From a virus (lineage: Duplodnaviria; Caudoviricetes), in IMG/VR virus record IMGVR_UViG_3300008116_000184, positions 1 through 41,548 of that record: DNA of 41,548 nucleotides; one strand, written 5' to 3'. The translations under genes and the position numbers were made by a program. This document shows positions 1-6,631 of the stretch, piece after piece; position 1 is the first letter of the stretch; each line of letters starts with the position of its first letter. Under the pieces are notes generated by a model, which was not told where the DNA came from, did not search any database, and worked only from the letters and a program-made list of their open reading frames with translations.

Positions 1-1941
1 TAAATATGAAGAGTTGTAGTTTACTAATTTATTAGTTCCATTCACTTGAAAGATTGCTGTTCCAAGTAAAGTAGTACCTCCAATAGTAGCAGATGATAAT
101 GCAGTTAATGAACTACTAACTCTTGCTGTTCCAGTTACATCTAACGTGCTTGCAGGCGTAGCCGTTCCAACACCCAACCTACTATTAGTATTATCCCAAA
201 AGAACCCTGTTCCTGAAGCTCCAAAAAGTACGTCACCTGTAGTAGTTTCAATAGCTCTATGTATAGTTCCAGTTAAACTTGTAATTGTAGGATTATAATA
301 GAAACCTCTAACTGTACCCGTGTATGCAGCTGTGTTATTTATTGTAGGGTTTATATTCAGCATTGAGAAGTTTCTACCCGTTCCTGTGGTATTTTGTACT
401 ACAAAAGGTATACTTAACAAATCATTACCTACAGTATCTGAAGCTGTCCCATTAATACTTACTCTACGACCACCCCCACCACAGTTAAAATTAAATACTC
501 CAAACGATGTTGGAGTGTTAAACTCAAGAGAAGAACTAGTTGCACTAATATTTCCTGTTGCAGCAACTCCATTAAAGTATATTGTAGATAATCTAACCGT
601 TCCATTAACATCGAGCTTGTAACCATTATCTGTTGTTGTGCCTATTAAGACGTTGCCTGTTGGTACAAGTGTTAATGTTTGACTATTAGAAATTAAACGT
701 ATGCTTGTGCTTACTCCTTGCGCTGTTAATGTGTGTACATTACCCGCCTCACTTACTGTAAGCCCGCGTAAAACACAAACACTTGAAACATTTAAATCAC
801 CTGTTACATCTAAGGTTCTTGAAGGCGAAGCGTTACCAATACCCAATCTATTGTTTGTATTATTCCAAAAGAAGTTAGCACTCTCCTGCAATACATTGCC
901 TGTACCCTCAAAGAGTATACGGCCTACTGTACCACCTGTTATAGTAGTAGTACCTACTGTTAAGCCTGTTGCAAGTGTTTTATTCTTCCATAGTGATGTT
1001 GCTGACTCATATTGCAATACTTGATTATCTGCAGGAGAACTGATATACACATTATGAAGTTCATCAAGCTCCCAACCATTCATGATCTTTACGTATATCT
1101 TTCCATGAATAGCATGTGAATACTCAACATAACCCATGACAACGATGTGTCCTGTGGCTCCTGTTGGCTTGATATTTGTCAAGGCTCCGGGAGTGGTAGG
1201 AGAAAGATAGAGAACATCTCCGTCAACCCAAGTTTCACCTTGAAGACTTCCTGTTGTGTTAATCTCCTCTAAGTTACCAACGGTCATGATGAAACCCTCC
1301 TGATTGGTAGCAATCGTTTCGGTTACAAGACCTATCGTGTCGGCACTATTGTTATCATTATCTGCTTGAGCAAAAGCTACAGCAAGTCTCTGTCCTTGTG
1401 CACCGCTAATTCTTACAGCCTGATAGGCCGCCTTTGTTAGCGTGGTATTTGGGGTAACTTTATTTACAACACGAGCAACAAGGTCTACTCCGTTCTTTAA
1501 TATAACTGAGCCACCTTTAAGAGTTGTTTGAGAGCTACCTATTGTATCATTCCACTGTGTTGTACCTACAGCTGCTGTTCCTGTTGGAGAGGTGTCTAGA
1601 GTTAACTGACCTGCCTTCAACTCATACTCCCCTAAGTTTACATTACCTGTTGCCCCTATATAAGGGACATACCCACTTCCACTTGCAGAGATAGTTGTTA
1701 TCCCATCTTTGTCTGTAGTAATTGTTATCCCGGTACCCCCTAAGAGCAGGTCTGAGATATATTTAAAGCTAAATGTCTTTGGACGATTAATGTTAGATAG
1801 AGATACTAGGACTTGGTTGTCTCTAACATTATCAACCCTATCTCTACTGCCCCCAGTTTGGTCAAAATCAGCAAGTTGCCTTAAACTGATGTCAACTTTC
1901 TTTGGAGCTGCAGTAAGTTTATTAGGGTTGTAAGTATCCAT
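1..1941 (-). CDS. Tail fibre / receptor-binding-like structural protein (3'-truncated by window edge; missing from ORF track)
   Basis: ATG at 1941 overlaps the upstream TAA (TAATG). The parts I translated are open and in frame to base 1 (MDTYNPNKLTAAPKK...YVPYIGATGNVNLGEY...GWELDELHNV...TAIFQVNGTNKLVNYNSSYL). Gly/Thr-rich with repeated units FFWNNTNNRLGIGNASPSRTLDVTG, GNVLIGTTTDNGYKLDVNG and FFWDNTNSRLGVGTATPASTLDVLG. Confidence 0.8.
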   Translation of the reverse strand, partial: MDTYNPNKLTAAPKKVDISLRQLADFDQTGGSRDRVDNVRDNQVLVSLSNINRPKTFSFKYISDLLLGGTGITITTDKDGITTISASGSGYVPYIGATGNVNLGEYELKAGQLTLDTSPTGTAAVGTTQWNDTIGSSQTTLKGGSVILKNGVDLVARVVNKVTPNTTLTKAAYQAVRISGAQGQRLAVAFAQADNDNNSADTIGLVTETIATNQEGFIMTVGNLEEINTTGSLQGETWVDGDVLYLSPTTPGALTNIKPTGATGHIVVMGYVEYSHAIHGKIYVKIMNGWELDELHNVYISSPADNQVLQYESATSLWKNKTLATGLTVGTTTITGGTVGRILFEGTGNVLQESANFFWNNTNNRLGIGNASPSRTLDVTGDLNVSSVCVLRGLTVSEAGNVHTLTAQGVSTSIRLISNSQTLTLVPTGNVLIGTTTDNGYKLDVNGTVRLSTIYFNGVAATGNISATSSSLEFNTPTSFGVFNFNCGGGGRRVSINGTASDTVGNDLLSIPFVVQNTTGTGRNFSMLNINPTINNTAAYTGTVRGFYYNPTITSLTGTIHRAIETTTGDVLFGASGTGFFWDNTNSRLGVGTATPASTLDVTGTARVSSSLTALSSATIGGTTLLGTAIFQVNGTNKLVNYNSSYL

Positions 1942-2171
1942 TAGTTAAGTTTAGTTCTAGCCTGTATATACAAATGTGACTTCTCTTGCTCTGCAGCCAT
2001 TACAGCCATTATCCCTCGAAGCTCTTCATAGGTAAATTGAATAATCAAGTCATCGTCAGCATTTAGTACTTGGATAACATTCTCATCAATATACACTAGA
2101 GCTTGCTCGGCCTCCTCTTCATTCTTAGTGAAAGGTGGTTGATAAATTCCAGTTTTGATGTAAGTAGGCAT
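1941..2171 (-). CDS. Hypothetical protein
   Basis: 76-aa ORF coupled to the fibre gene and preceded by TATCTTTG (2190-2197). Confidence 0.7.
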   Translation of the reverse strand: MPTYIKTGIYQPPFTKNEEEAEQALVYIDENVIQVLNADDDLIIQFTYEELRGIMAVMAAEQEKSHLYIQARTKLN

Positions 2172-2189
2172 TTGTCCTCAATTTGAAAT

Positions 2190-2197
2190 CAAAGATA
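2190..2197 (-). promoter_or_regulatory. Bacteroidota-type -7 promoter element (TATCTTTG)
   Basis: Matches TAnnTTTG, 18 nt upstream of the ATG at 2171. Confidence 0.5.
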
Positions 2198-2199
2198 AT

Positions 2200-2455
2200 C
2201 AAATTCTTAGACATAGTTATCCCCTTGGTGATTTTTGTGTTTAAAATTGACCTTCAGATTACTGCCGTCTTTAGCCTTCGGAGGAACATTTCTGTCAGCC
2301 TATAGTTTTAACCCTCCCCAGTATCCTATATCAATTCAATTTTTGCAACTATTGGGGACAACTTTTCTTAACTATTGTGATAAGAATAGAACCCAACTTC
2401 TGACCCCTTACTTTGGTTACCTCAGGGGTGATCGTGTAGGAACACGGTTGCAGAT
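2200..2455 (-). ncRNA. Candidate structured non-coding RNA or leader
   Basis: No convincing ORF; lies directly downstream of TATATTTG (2457-2464). Potential helices TGCAAC/GTTGCA, ACCCCT/AGGGGT, TCCCCA/TGGGGA. Confidence 0.3.
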
Positions 2456-2456
2456 G

Positions 2457-2464
2457 CAAATATA
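2457..2464 (-). promoter_or_regulatory. Bacteroidota-type -7 promoter element (TATATTTG)
   Basis: TAnnTTTG match just after the stop of 2474-2611. Confidence 0.5.
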
Positions 2465-2473
2465 ATAAGTTTG

Positions 2474-2611
2474 TTACCCTTGTCCTACTGAAAGTTTTCT
2501 ATAGTTTTTTGAACTTTTCAACTTTGAGTGTTTGGTCTTAGCATGGACTCCAGGTCTTTTGATTCTAGGTTTCGGATTAAAAGTGCTAGATGTTTGTTTT
2601 ACTTTGGCCAT
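2474..2611 (-). CDS. Small highly basic protein (45 aa; not in ORF track)
   Basis: MAKVKQTSSTFNPKPRIKRPGVHAKTKHSKLKSSKNYRKLSVGQG*; Lys/Arg-rich, possibly nucleic-acid binding; packs tightly behind the upstream gene. Confidence 0.7.
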   Translation of the reverse strand: MAKVKQTSSTFNPKPRIKRPGVHAKTKHSKLKSSKNYRKLSVGQG

Positions 2612-2617
2612 CTTATC

Positions 2618-2773
2618 TTAGTGCTTTTCTAATGTAATTCTAAATGAGTAGTTGTACAAATATATACTTAAGTACAATTCCCACCACAATTTATTTTCTG
2701 GACGTACGAATTTGAAGTCAATACCGATTCTATTGGTTAGCTTCATCTTTCTTTTTGTTGCTCTTAGTTTCAT
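2618..2773 (-). CDS. Small hypothetical protein
   Basis: MKLRATKRKMKLTNRIGIDFKF...; ATG start chosen downstream of the previous stop; fills the gap between neighbours. Confidence 0.5.
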   Translation of the reverse strand: MKLRATKRKMKLTNRIGIDFKFVRPENKLWWELYLSIYLYNYSFRITLEKH

Positions 2774-2784
2774 TGCTTTAAATT

Positions 2785-2937
2785 TTAGCTGCCACAGTAT
2801 AGACAATCTTCATTATCGTCGTCATAATATCCATTGATGATTTTCTCCATCTCGGCATTAATCTCTTCGTCTGTCCAGTCAGGGTTCTTCATCTTAACTT
2901 GGACTCTTAAAAATTGGTATTGTTCTAGGCTGTGCAT
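2785..2937 (-). CDS. Small acidic protein with C-terminal CxxC (…DDDNEDCLYCGS)
   Basis: Likely start ATG 2937 (MHSLEQYQF...), 7 nt after TATATTTG at 2945-2952. Confidence 0.65.
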   Translation of the reverse strand: MHSLEQYQFLRVQVKMKNPDWTDEEINAEMEKIINGYYDDDNEDCLYCGS

Positions 2938-2944
2938 TTCGTAA

Positions 2945-2974
2945 CAAATATACGTAAAAATTGTTACAGCCAAA
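2945..2974 (-). promoter_or_regulatory. Bacteroidota-type promoter (TTTG -33 / TATATTTG -7) heading the leftward operon
   Basis: TTTG at 2974-2971, an 18-nt spacer, then TATATTTG at 2952-2945. Confidence 0.55.
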
Positions 2975-3213
2975 CTCTGTAATAAAACACTGCCAAACTC
3001 GGAAGTCTGCCGAATTGTTTAACATGCATTTACATATAGAATTAACGATCTGCCTAATATAGCATGCAAAAGCATATAAGATGGTTAGAATTTGTAACCG
3101 ACTGGAAAAAAATTTTTAGGGGGAAATTTTTTGAGAGTGAGACCCTAAGTATTCAAAGACCCCGGCTAAGTTCTGTGCTTCGAAATACCTCGGACACATA
3201 AAAATTTACCAAA

Positions 3214-3441
3214 ATGGCAAAAGCAAAAACACCTGCACCAACTGTCGTTGGAAACCTTATGATTAACAAAGTTTGGATTTCCGACGACAAAGCCAAAAAT
3301 CCAGGGGCTATCACATGGATGAAGATGGAATTGACACCTGATGGAGAAGTTCTTAACCAGGAATTCCTGTTACATTTAAGAGTTGAAGACGCTGATTATG
3401 CTAACACTCTTACTTGGCTTAAAGCCATTGGTCGTCTCTGA
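3214..3441 (+). CDS. Hypothetical early protein
   Basis: 75-aa ORF with A-rich leader (ACCAAAATG), followed by a perfect hairpin. Confidence 0.75.
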   Translation: MAKAKTPAPTVVGNLMINKVWISDDKAKNPGAITWMKMELTPDGEVLNQEFLLHLRVEDADYANTLTWLKAIGRL

Positions 3442-3454
3442 TGAGACGACCTTT
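3430..3454 (+). terminator. Hairpin over stop codon (possible terminator or processing stem)
   Basis: GGTCGTCTC-TGAT-GAGACGACC, a perfect 9-bp stem, followed by TTT. Confidence 0.45.
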
Positions 3455-3461
3455 AGCCATT

Positions 3462-3527
3462 GGGGTGTTGAGAGAATAATCATCACGATGATAAGTGACT
3501 GATTGCCAGGACTCTCACACCCCTTTT
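3462..3527 (+). other. Structured intergenic stem-loop ending in U-tract
   Basis: GGGGTGTTGAGAG ... CTCTCACACCCC-TTTT. Confidence 0.45.
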
Positions 3528-3583
3528 AAGGTTATTTGATTGATACCTTCAAATCAATCTATCAAATTGTATAACACATTGTC

Positions 3584-3766
3584 ATGAAATACTTTCTATT
3601 GACGATAATAATCATTGCTATGCTTGACAGCTTTGCATTGCTTTATTTCTGTGTAACATTACTAGAACCATCAGCATATGTATTAACATTCGTATCGTTT
3701 GTTAGTGCATTCACAATATGGTTATTAGTATTCCACATCAAGGAATTAAGAGCCGGATCACGATAA
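3584..3766 (+). CDS. Small membrane protein (2 predicted TM segments)
   Basis: 60 aa with two hydrophobic stretches and a basic tail. Confidence 0.65.
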   Translation: MKYFLLTIIIIAMLDSFALLYFCVTLLEPSAYVLTFVSFVSAFTIWLLVFHIKELRAGSR

Positions 3767-3930
3767 CATGTGAACCAAAGGGTTTAACTGTACCCATAAT
3801 AAACAGTTAATTTATATTCTTAAAGTATTAGCATTTGAACAAGAGATGAGAAATTATACAAATGCACACAACCAACAGCATTGAGATCTGATTTGTCGAT
3901 ACAAGTCTTTCGATTGATATGTTGTTGGTT

Positions 3931-4024
3931 TGCTAATGCACCATAACTTACTTCCCAAGGGTGGGCAGTTGTATGTCAGTTTACTGTAGCAGAATACAGT
4001 CTTACAACTGAGTGCAGAGGGGCA
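3931..4024 (+). ncRNA. Twister-type self-cleaving ribozyme, copy 1 (type P1, extended P5)
   Basis: P1 UGC/GCA; UAA cleavage loop (U3934^A3935); P2 UGCAC/GUGCA; P4 CUUAC/GUGGG; loop UUCCCAAGG; P5 CAGUUGUA/UACAACUG; GA then GGG pairing with loop CCC. Confidence 0.75.
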
Positions 4025-4025
4025 C

Positions 4026-4126
4026 AGCAGTTGTAGTATATGCCGAGTTAGATAGATTTAGTAATCTATACTATACGTAGGGTGGCCACCTAGAATCAAC
4101 GTTCAGCAGGTAATACTACAATTGTT
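4026..4126 (+). ncRNA. Structured RNA domain between tandem ribozymes
   Basis: 14-bp closing helix AGCAGUUGUAGUAU/AUACUACAAUUGUU with internal hairpins (AUAGAUU-UAGU-AAUCUAU; ACGU/ACGU). Confidence 0.5.
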
Positions 4127-4274
4127 TGTATTAATGCATCATTCCAACTTCACAAGGGTTGGCAGTTGTAAAAAATCATCTACTATACAGTACACAAGTA
4201 ATAGTTGACCAGGCTTAAAGCTGGCACTGTATAACACAACCTGTAGAGGGTACAACTGAATGCAGAGTGGTACA
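4127..4274 (+). ncRNA. Twister-type self-cleaving ribozyme, copy 2
   Basis: P1 UGUAU/GUACA; U4132^A4133; P2 UGCAU/AUGCA; P4 CCAAC/GUUGG; loop UUCACAAGG; P5 CAGUUGUA/UACAACUG with an 80-nt nested insert; loop CAC pairs with GUG after GA. Confidence 0.8.
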
Positions 4275-4305
4275 TAATCAAATCATTAACTAACATTTAT
4301 TAACT

Positions 4306-4860
4306 ATGAATCTAGAACAATTTTTACAGAAGTACCCTAATGTGAGTGTAACCGATTTTATGCAAGCAGCATTTAATATCGTTAATGCAATCGAAGAAGC
4401 TCGTGAAGAAATTGCTGAAATAAATAGCAGAGATGAGCAAGCACTCGAACGGTTGCGTCGTAAGATGGATGATAATTCTGACGAAGAATATCAACAATCT
4501 TTTGATGCAATTAATTGGCCATCAGATGACCATGAGTATGAATCATTTAATGACTATGAATCATTTAATAGTGATGCTGATGAACAATATGTTACAGCAT
4601 CTACATCATACAATGCAAATGAAACATTCTACTTCATGAGTGATGAATATGGAGTACATGGAGGTCATGAACTAGGATGCTCAATGGCTGAACGTTGGGG
4701 TAATGTACTTTGGAATGTTCCTAGTAGAATAGACAGAAACATTGAGGATGAATTTCCCAATCACGATGTCAAACTATCTAGAAGCTATCGTATAGAACCA
4801 GACAAAGAACACCCTTGGGCAGTAGAAAAAAGAGTCTATAGGGTAACAAAGAGACAATAG
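4306..4860 (+). CDS. Acidic hypothetical early protein
   Basis: 184-aa ORF 31 nt after ribozyme 2; contains an 18-nt-period duplication (YESFND-YESFNS, 4537-4569). Confidence 0.8.
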   Translation: MNLEQFLQKYPNVSVTDFMQAAFNIVNAIEEAREEIAEINSRDEQALERLRRKMDDNSDEEYQQSFDAINWPSDDHEYESFNDYESFNSDADEQYVTASTSYNANETFYFMSDEYGVHGGHELGCSMAERWGNVLWNVPSRIDRNIEDEFPNHDVKLSRSYRIEPDKEHPWAVEKRVYRVTKRQ

Positions 4861-4936
4861 AAAGGACGTGATATTCGTCGTATTCCTAGGCATGAAGACA
4901 AACTGCCTTATACTTTACTAAATCTAAATAAACAGT

Positions 4937-5314
4937 ATGAAAACATTTACTTATCTAAAACGGGTTGAAATAGAAACAACTATTGAAGTTCCCGTAATCA
5001 CCTTTGTTGCTGAAAAGGTGCGTGTATCAACAGGTGACTCATCATGGTTTGAAATGGGTTATGTACCAAGATTTAACGGACTCACATCATGTGAATACGG
5101 TAAAGAAATGTGTAACTATAATGCCATGTGGAAGATGCTTGAAAAATATGTAGCAGAAACATTTAGTAAAACTAAAGGTTACGGTGCAGGTTATGGTTCA
5201 ATAGACTATCATGTCTATGCAGGTAAGGACATAGATATGCCCGAACTACCTAAGATTCCAAGAGAATGGAATGATGACCATGCTGACCTTGTTGCAATGT
5301 TCAAAGGTCTATAA
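4937..5314 (+). CDS. Hypothetical protein
   Basis: 125-aa ORF with A-rich leader. Confidence 0.8.
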   Translation: MKTFTYLKRVEIETTIEVPVITFVAEKVRVSTGDSSWFEMGYVPRFNGLTSCEYGKEMCNYNAMWKMLEKYVAETFSKTKGYGAGYGSIDYHVYAGKDIDMPELPKIPREWNDDHADLVAMFKGL

Positions 5315-5333
5315 GAGCACAAATTAATTATAT

Positions 5334-5369
5334 GGAAGCATCACAGGGTTTATAACTCTGTGATCTTCC
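5334..5369 (+). other. Long intergenic hairpin
   Basis: GGAAG(C)ATCACAGGGT-TTATA-ACTCTGTGATCTTCC, followed by a TAAATTTG promoter-like element. Confidence 0.5.
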
Positions 5370-5407
5370 GACTAAATTTGGATTTACATAAATCAACATA
5401 TAAAATC

Positions 5408-5986
5408 ATGAGTTACAACACTCCAAATTCTGGATCATTGACTGGGTTGTCAATGAATCAGACCTTGCTCGTGTCTGCTAGGAAAGTTGCAGGCCAAAAA
5501 TTACAGTTAGAATTTGCTGAGATCTTGGAAAAAGGATCTGCTCCAGTAAATGTTCTAGCGATGTTCAACCAATCAGACAATCGTTTCTCTCAAGGAGGAG
5601 CTCGTCGTGCTTGGATGACAGTAGAAGCAATTGATGCATCAAAACTATTAGGTGTTGATCTATCAGACTCTGCTTCTTGGGGTGTTGATTCATTAGGTCG
5701 TGAGATCTTAATGCTTAACATTCTAAACCCTCAAGTATTAATTGGTGACGAACTAATTAACTTGAAGGTTGAGGTAGTGGAAACTACTGAAGGTACAGAA
5801 TGGCAAAAGTCTAACTTAGAGACTTCTGCTAAGCGTAAAGGTAAAGACGGTGATTTTATCATGCACAATGGTAAGCACATCTTTGCTAACACACGTATTG
5901 CTCTTAACAAAGCTAACCACGTGTTCTTAACTGCTGATGCTAGTGTGGCTAACACTGTATCTGCATCTGATAGTGTTTTCAACTAA
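5408..5986 (+). CDS. Hypothetical protein
   Basis: Likely true start ATG 5408 (MSYNTPNSG...); the track's 5360 start lies inside a hairpin. Codon choice resembles highly expressed genes (many T-ending codons). Confidence 0.85.
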   Translation: MSYNTPNSGSLTGLSMNQTLLVSARKVAGQKLQLEFAEILEKGSAPVNVLAMFNQSDNRFSQGGARRAWMTVEAIDASKLLGVDLSDSASWGVDSLGREILMLNILNPQVLIGDELINLKVEVVETTEGTEWQKSNLETSAKRKGKDGDFIMHNGKHIFANTRIALNKANHVFLTADASVANTVSASDSVFN

Positions 5987-6005
5987 ACATTATCAAAAAA
6001 CCTAC

Positions 6006-6041
6006 AATAGGGTGTCAAGGTTAATTCCTTGACATTCTATT
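6006..6041 (+). terminator. Long hairpin (terminator-like) abutting ribozyme 3
   Basis: AATAGGGTGTCAAGG-TTAATT-CCTTGACATTCTATT (15 bp with G-U pairs), then TGTATT. Confidence 0.5.
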
Positions 6042-6113
6042 TGTATTAATGCACCACAACTTGATTCCAAAGGTCAAGCAAGATTTTAATCTTGAGTGCA
6101 GATGGGTACAAAT
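6039..6113 (+). ncRNA. Twister-type self-cleaving ribozyme, copy 3 (compact)
   Basis: P1 AUUUGUAU/GUACAAAU; U6047^A6048; P2 UGCAC/GUGCA; P4 CUUGA/UCAAG; loop UUCCAAAGG; P5 CAAGAU/AUCUUG; loop CCA pairs with UGG after GA. Confidence 0.82.
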
Positions 6114-6138
6114 AATTATTTACCAAACCTTAATTGTT

Positions 6139-6432
6139 ATGATCAATTTATCAAAAAACTCAACACCAAACTATTGTTTACCAAACTATTCAGTAGAAAA
6201 ACAACCTGTTAAAAAACCAATTATACGTAAACAATTTAAACAATTGTTTCGTGGATTAGCAGAATTAGCTGCTGTATTCACAGCTGTATTTATGGCTCCA
6301 GCATTACTTGCTGCGTTTGTTAACTTCGACATTAGTGTGTACTTCTCGTGCATACATAGTGCTACTTATTGTGTATTACTTACCATGCTTGGTATCATTG
6401 TGTCCATCTTTTATACATCGATGCACCAATGA
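6139..6432 (+). CDS. Membrane protein (2 TM)
   Basis: Likely start ATG 6139 (MINLSKNST...); the track's start at 6049 falls inside ribozyme 3. Confidence 0.75.
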   Translation: MINLSKNSTPNYCLPNYSVEKQPVKKPIIRKQFKQLFRGLAELAAVFTAVFMAPALLAAFVNFDISVYFSCIHSATYCVLLTMLGIIVSIFYTSMHQ

Positions 6433-6620
6433 GAAAGCTTAAGTACCATATTCAACTTCATTGGTATTGGGAGGAACGAGTATTCGTATTCGTTCCAACC
6501 ATTGCCTTTGGGGAATGCTTACCTGAATACGATGATTCGTATTGGTTTGCTTTTATGTTTGGTCCTATGAGATTAGGATTTAAACGAGTTGCTAATAATA
6601 TAGCACAAGAAGATAAATAA
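6429..6620 (+). CDS. Small hypothetical protein
   Basis: ATGA overlap with the upstream stop (MRKLKYHIQLHWYWEE...). Confidence 0.7.
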   Translation: MRKLKYHIQLHWYWEERVFVFVPTIAFGECLPEYDDSYWFAFMFGPMRLGFKRVANNIAQEDK

Positions 6621-6631
6621 TCTTCTCTTTT

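Noticed and set aside
320-1933. Plus-strand ORFs 320-622, 701-1024 and 1709-1933
   Set aside because: Antisense shadows of the minus-strand fibre gene.
3438-3445. CTGATGAG hammerhead core
   Set aside because: It is the loop of a perfect hairpin at a stop codon, with no correctly placed GAAA or three-way junction.
3931-4274. Repeats read as a mini-CRISPR array or REP elements
   Set aside because: Copies vary by compensatory changes and irregular spacing, which fits a structured ribozyme rather than repeat-spacer units.
4537-4569. 18-nt-period duplication (YESFND/YESFNS)
   Set aside because: In-frame two-copy duplication in a low-complexity acidic region, with no sign of function.
6049-6138. 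N-terminal extension of ORF 6049-6432
   Set aside because: It overlaps ribozyme 3; ATG 6139 has the A-rich leader typical of this genome.
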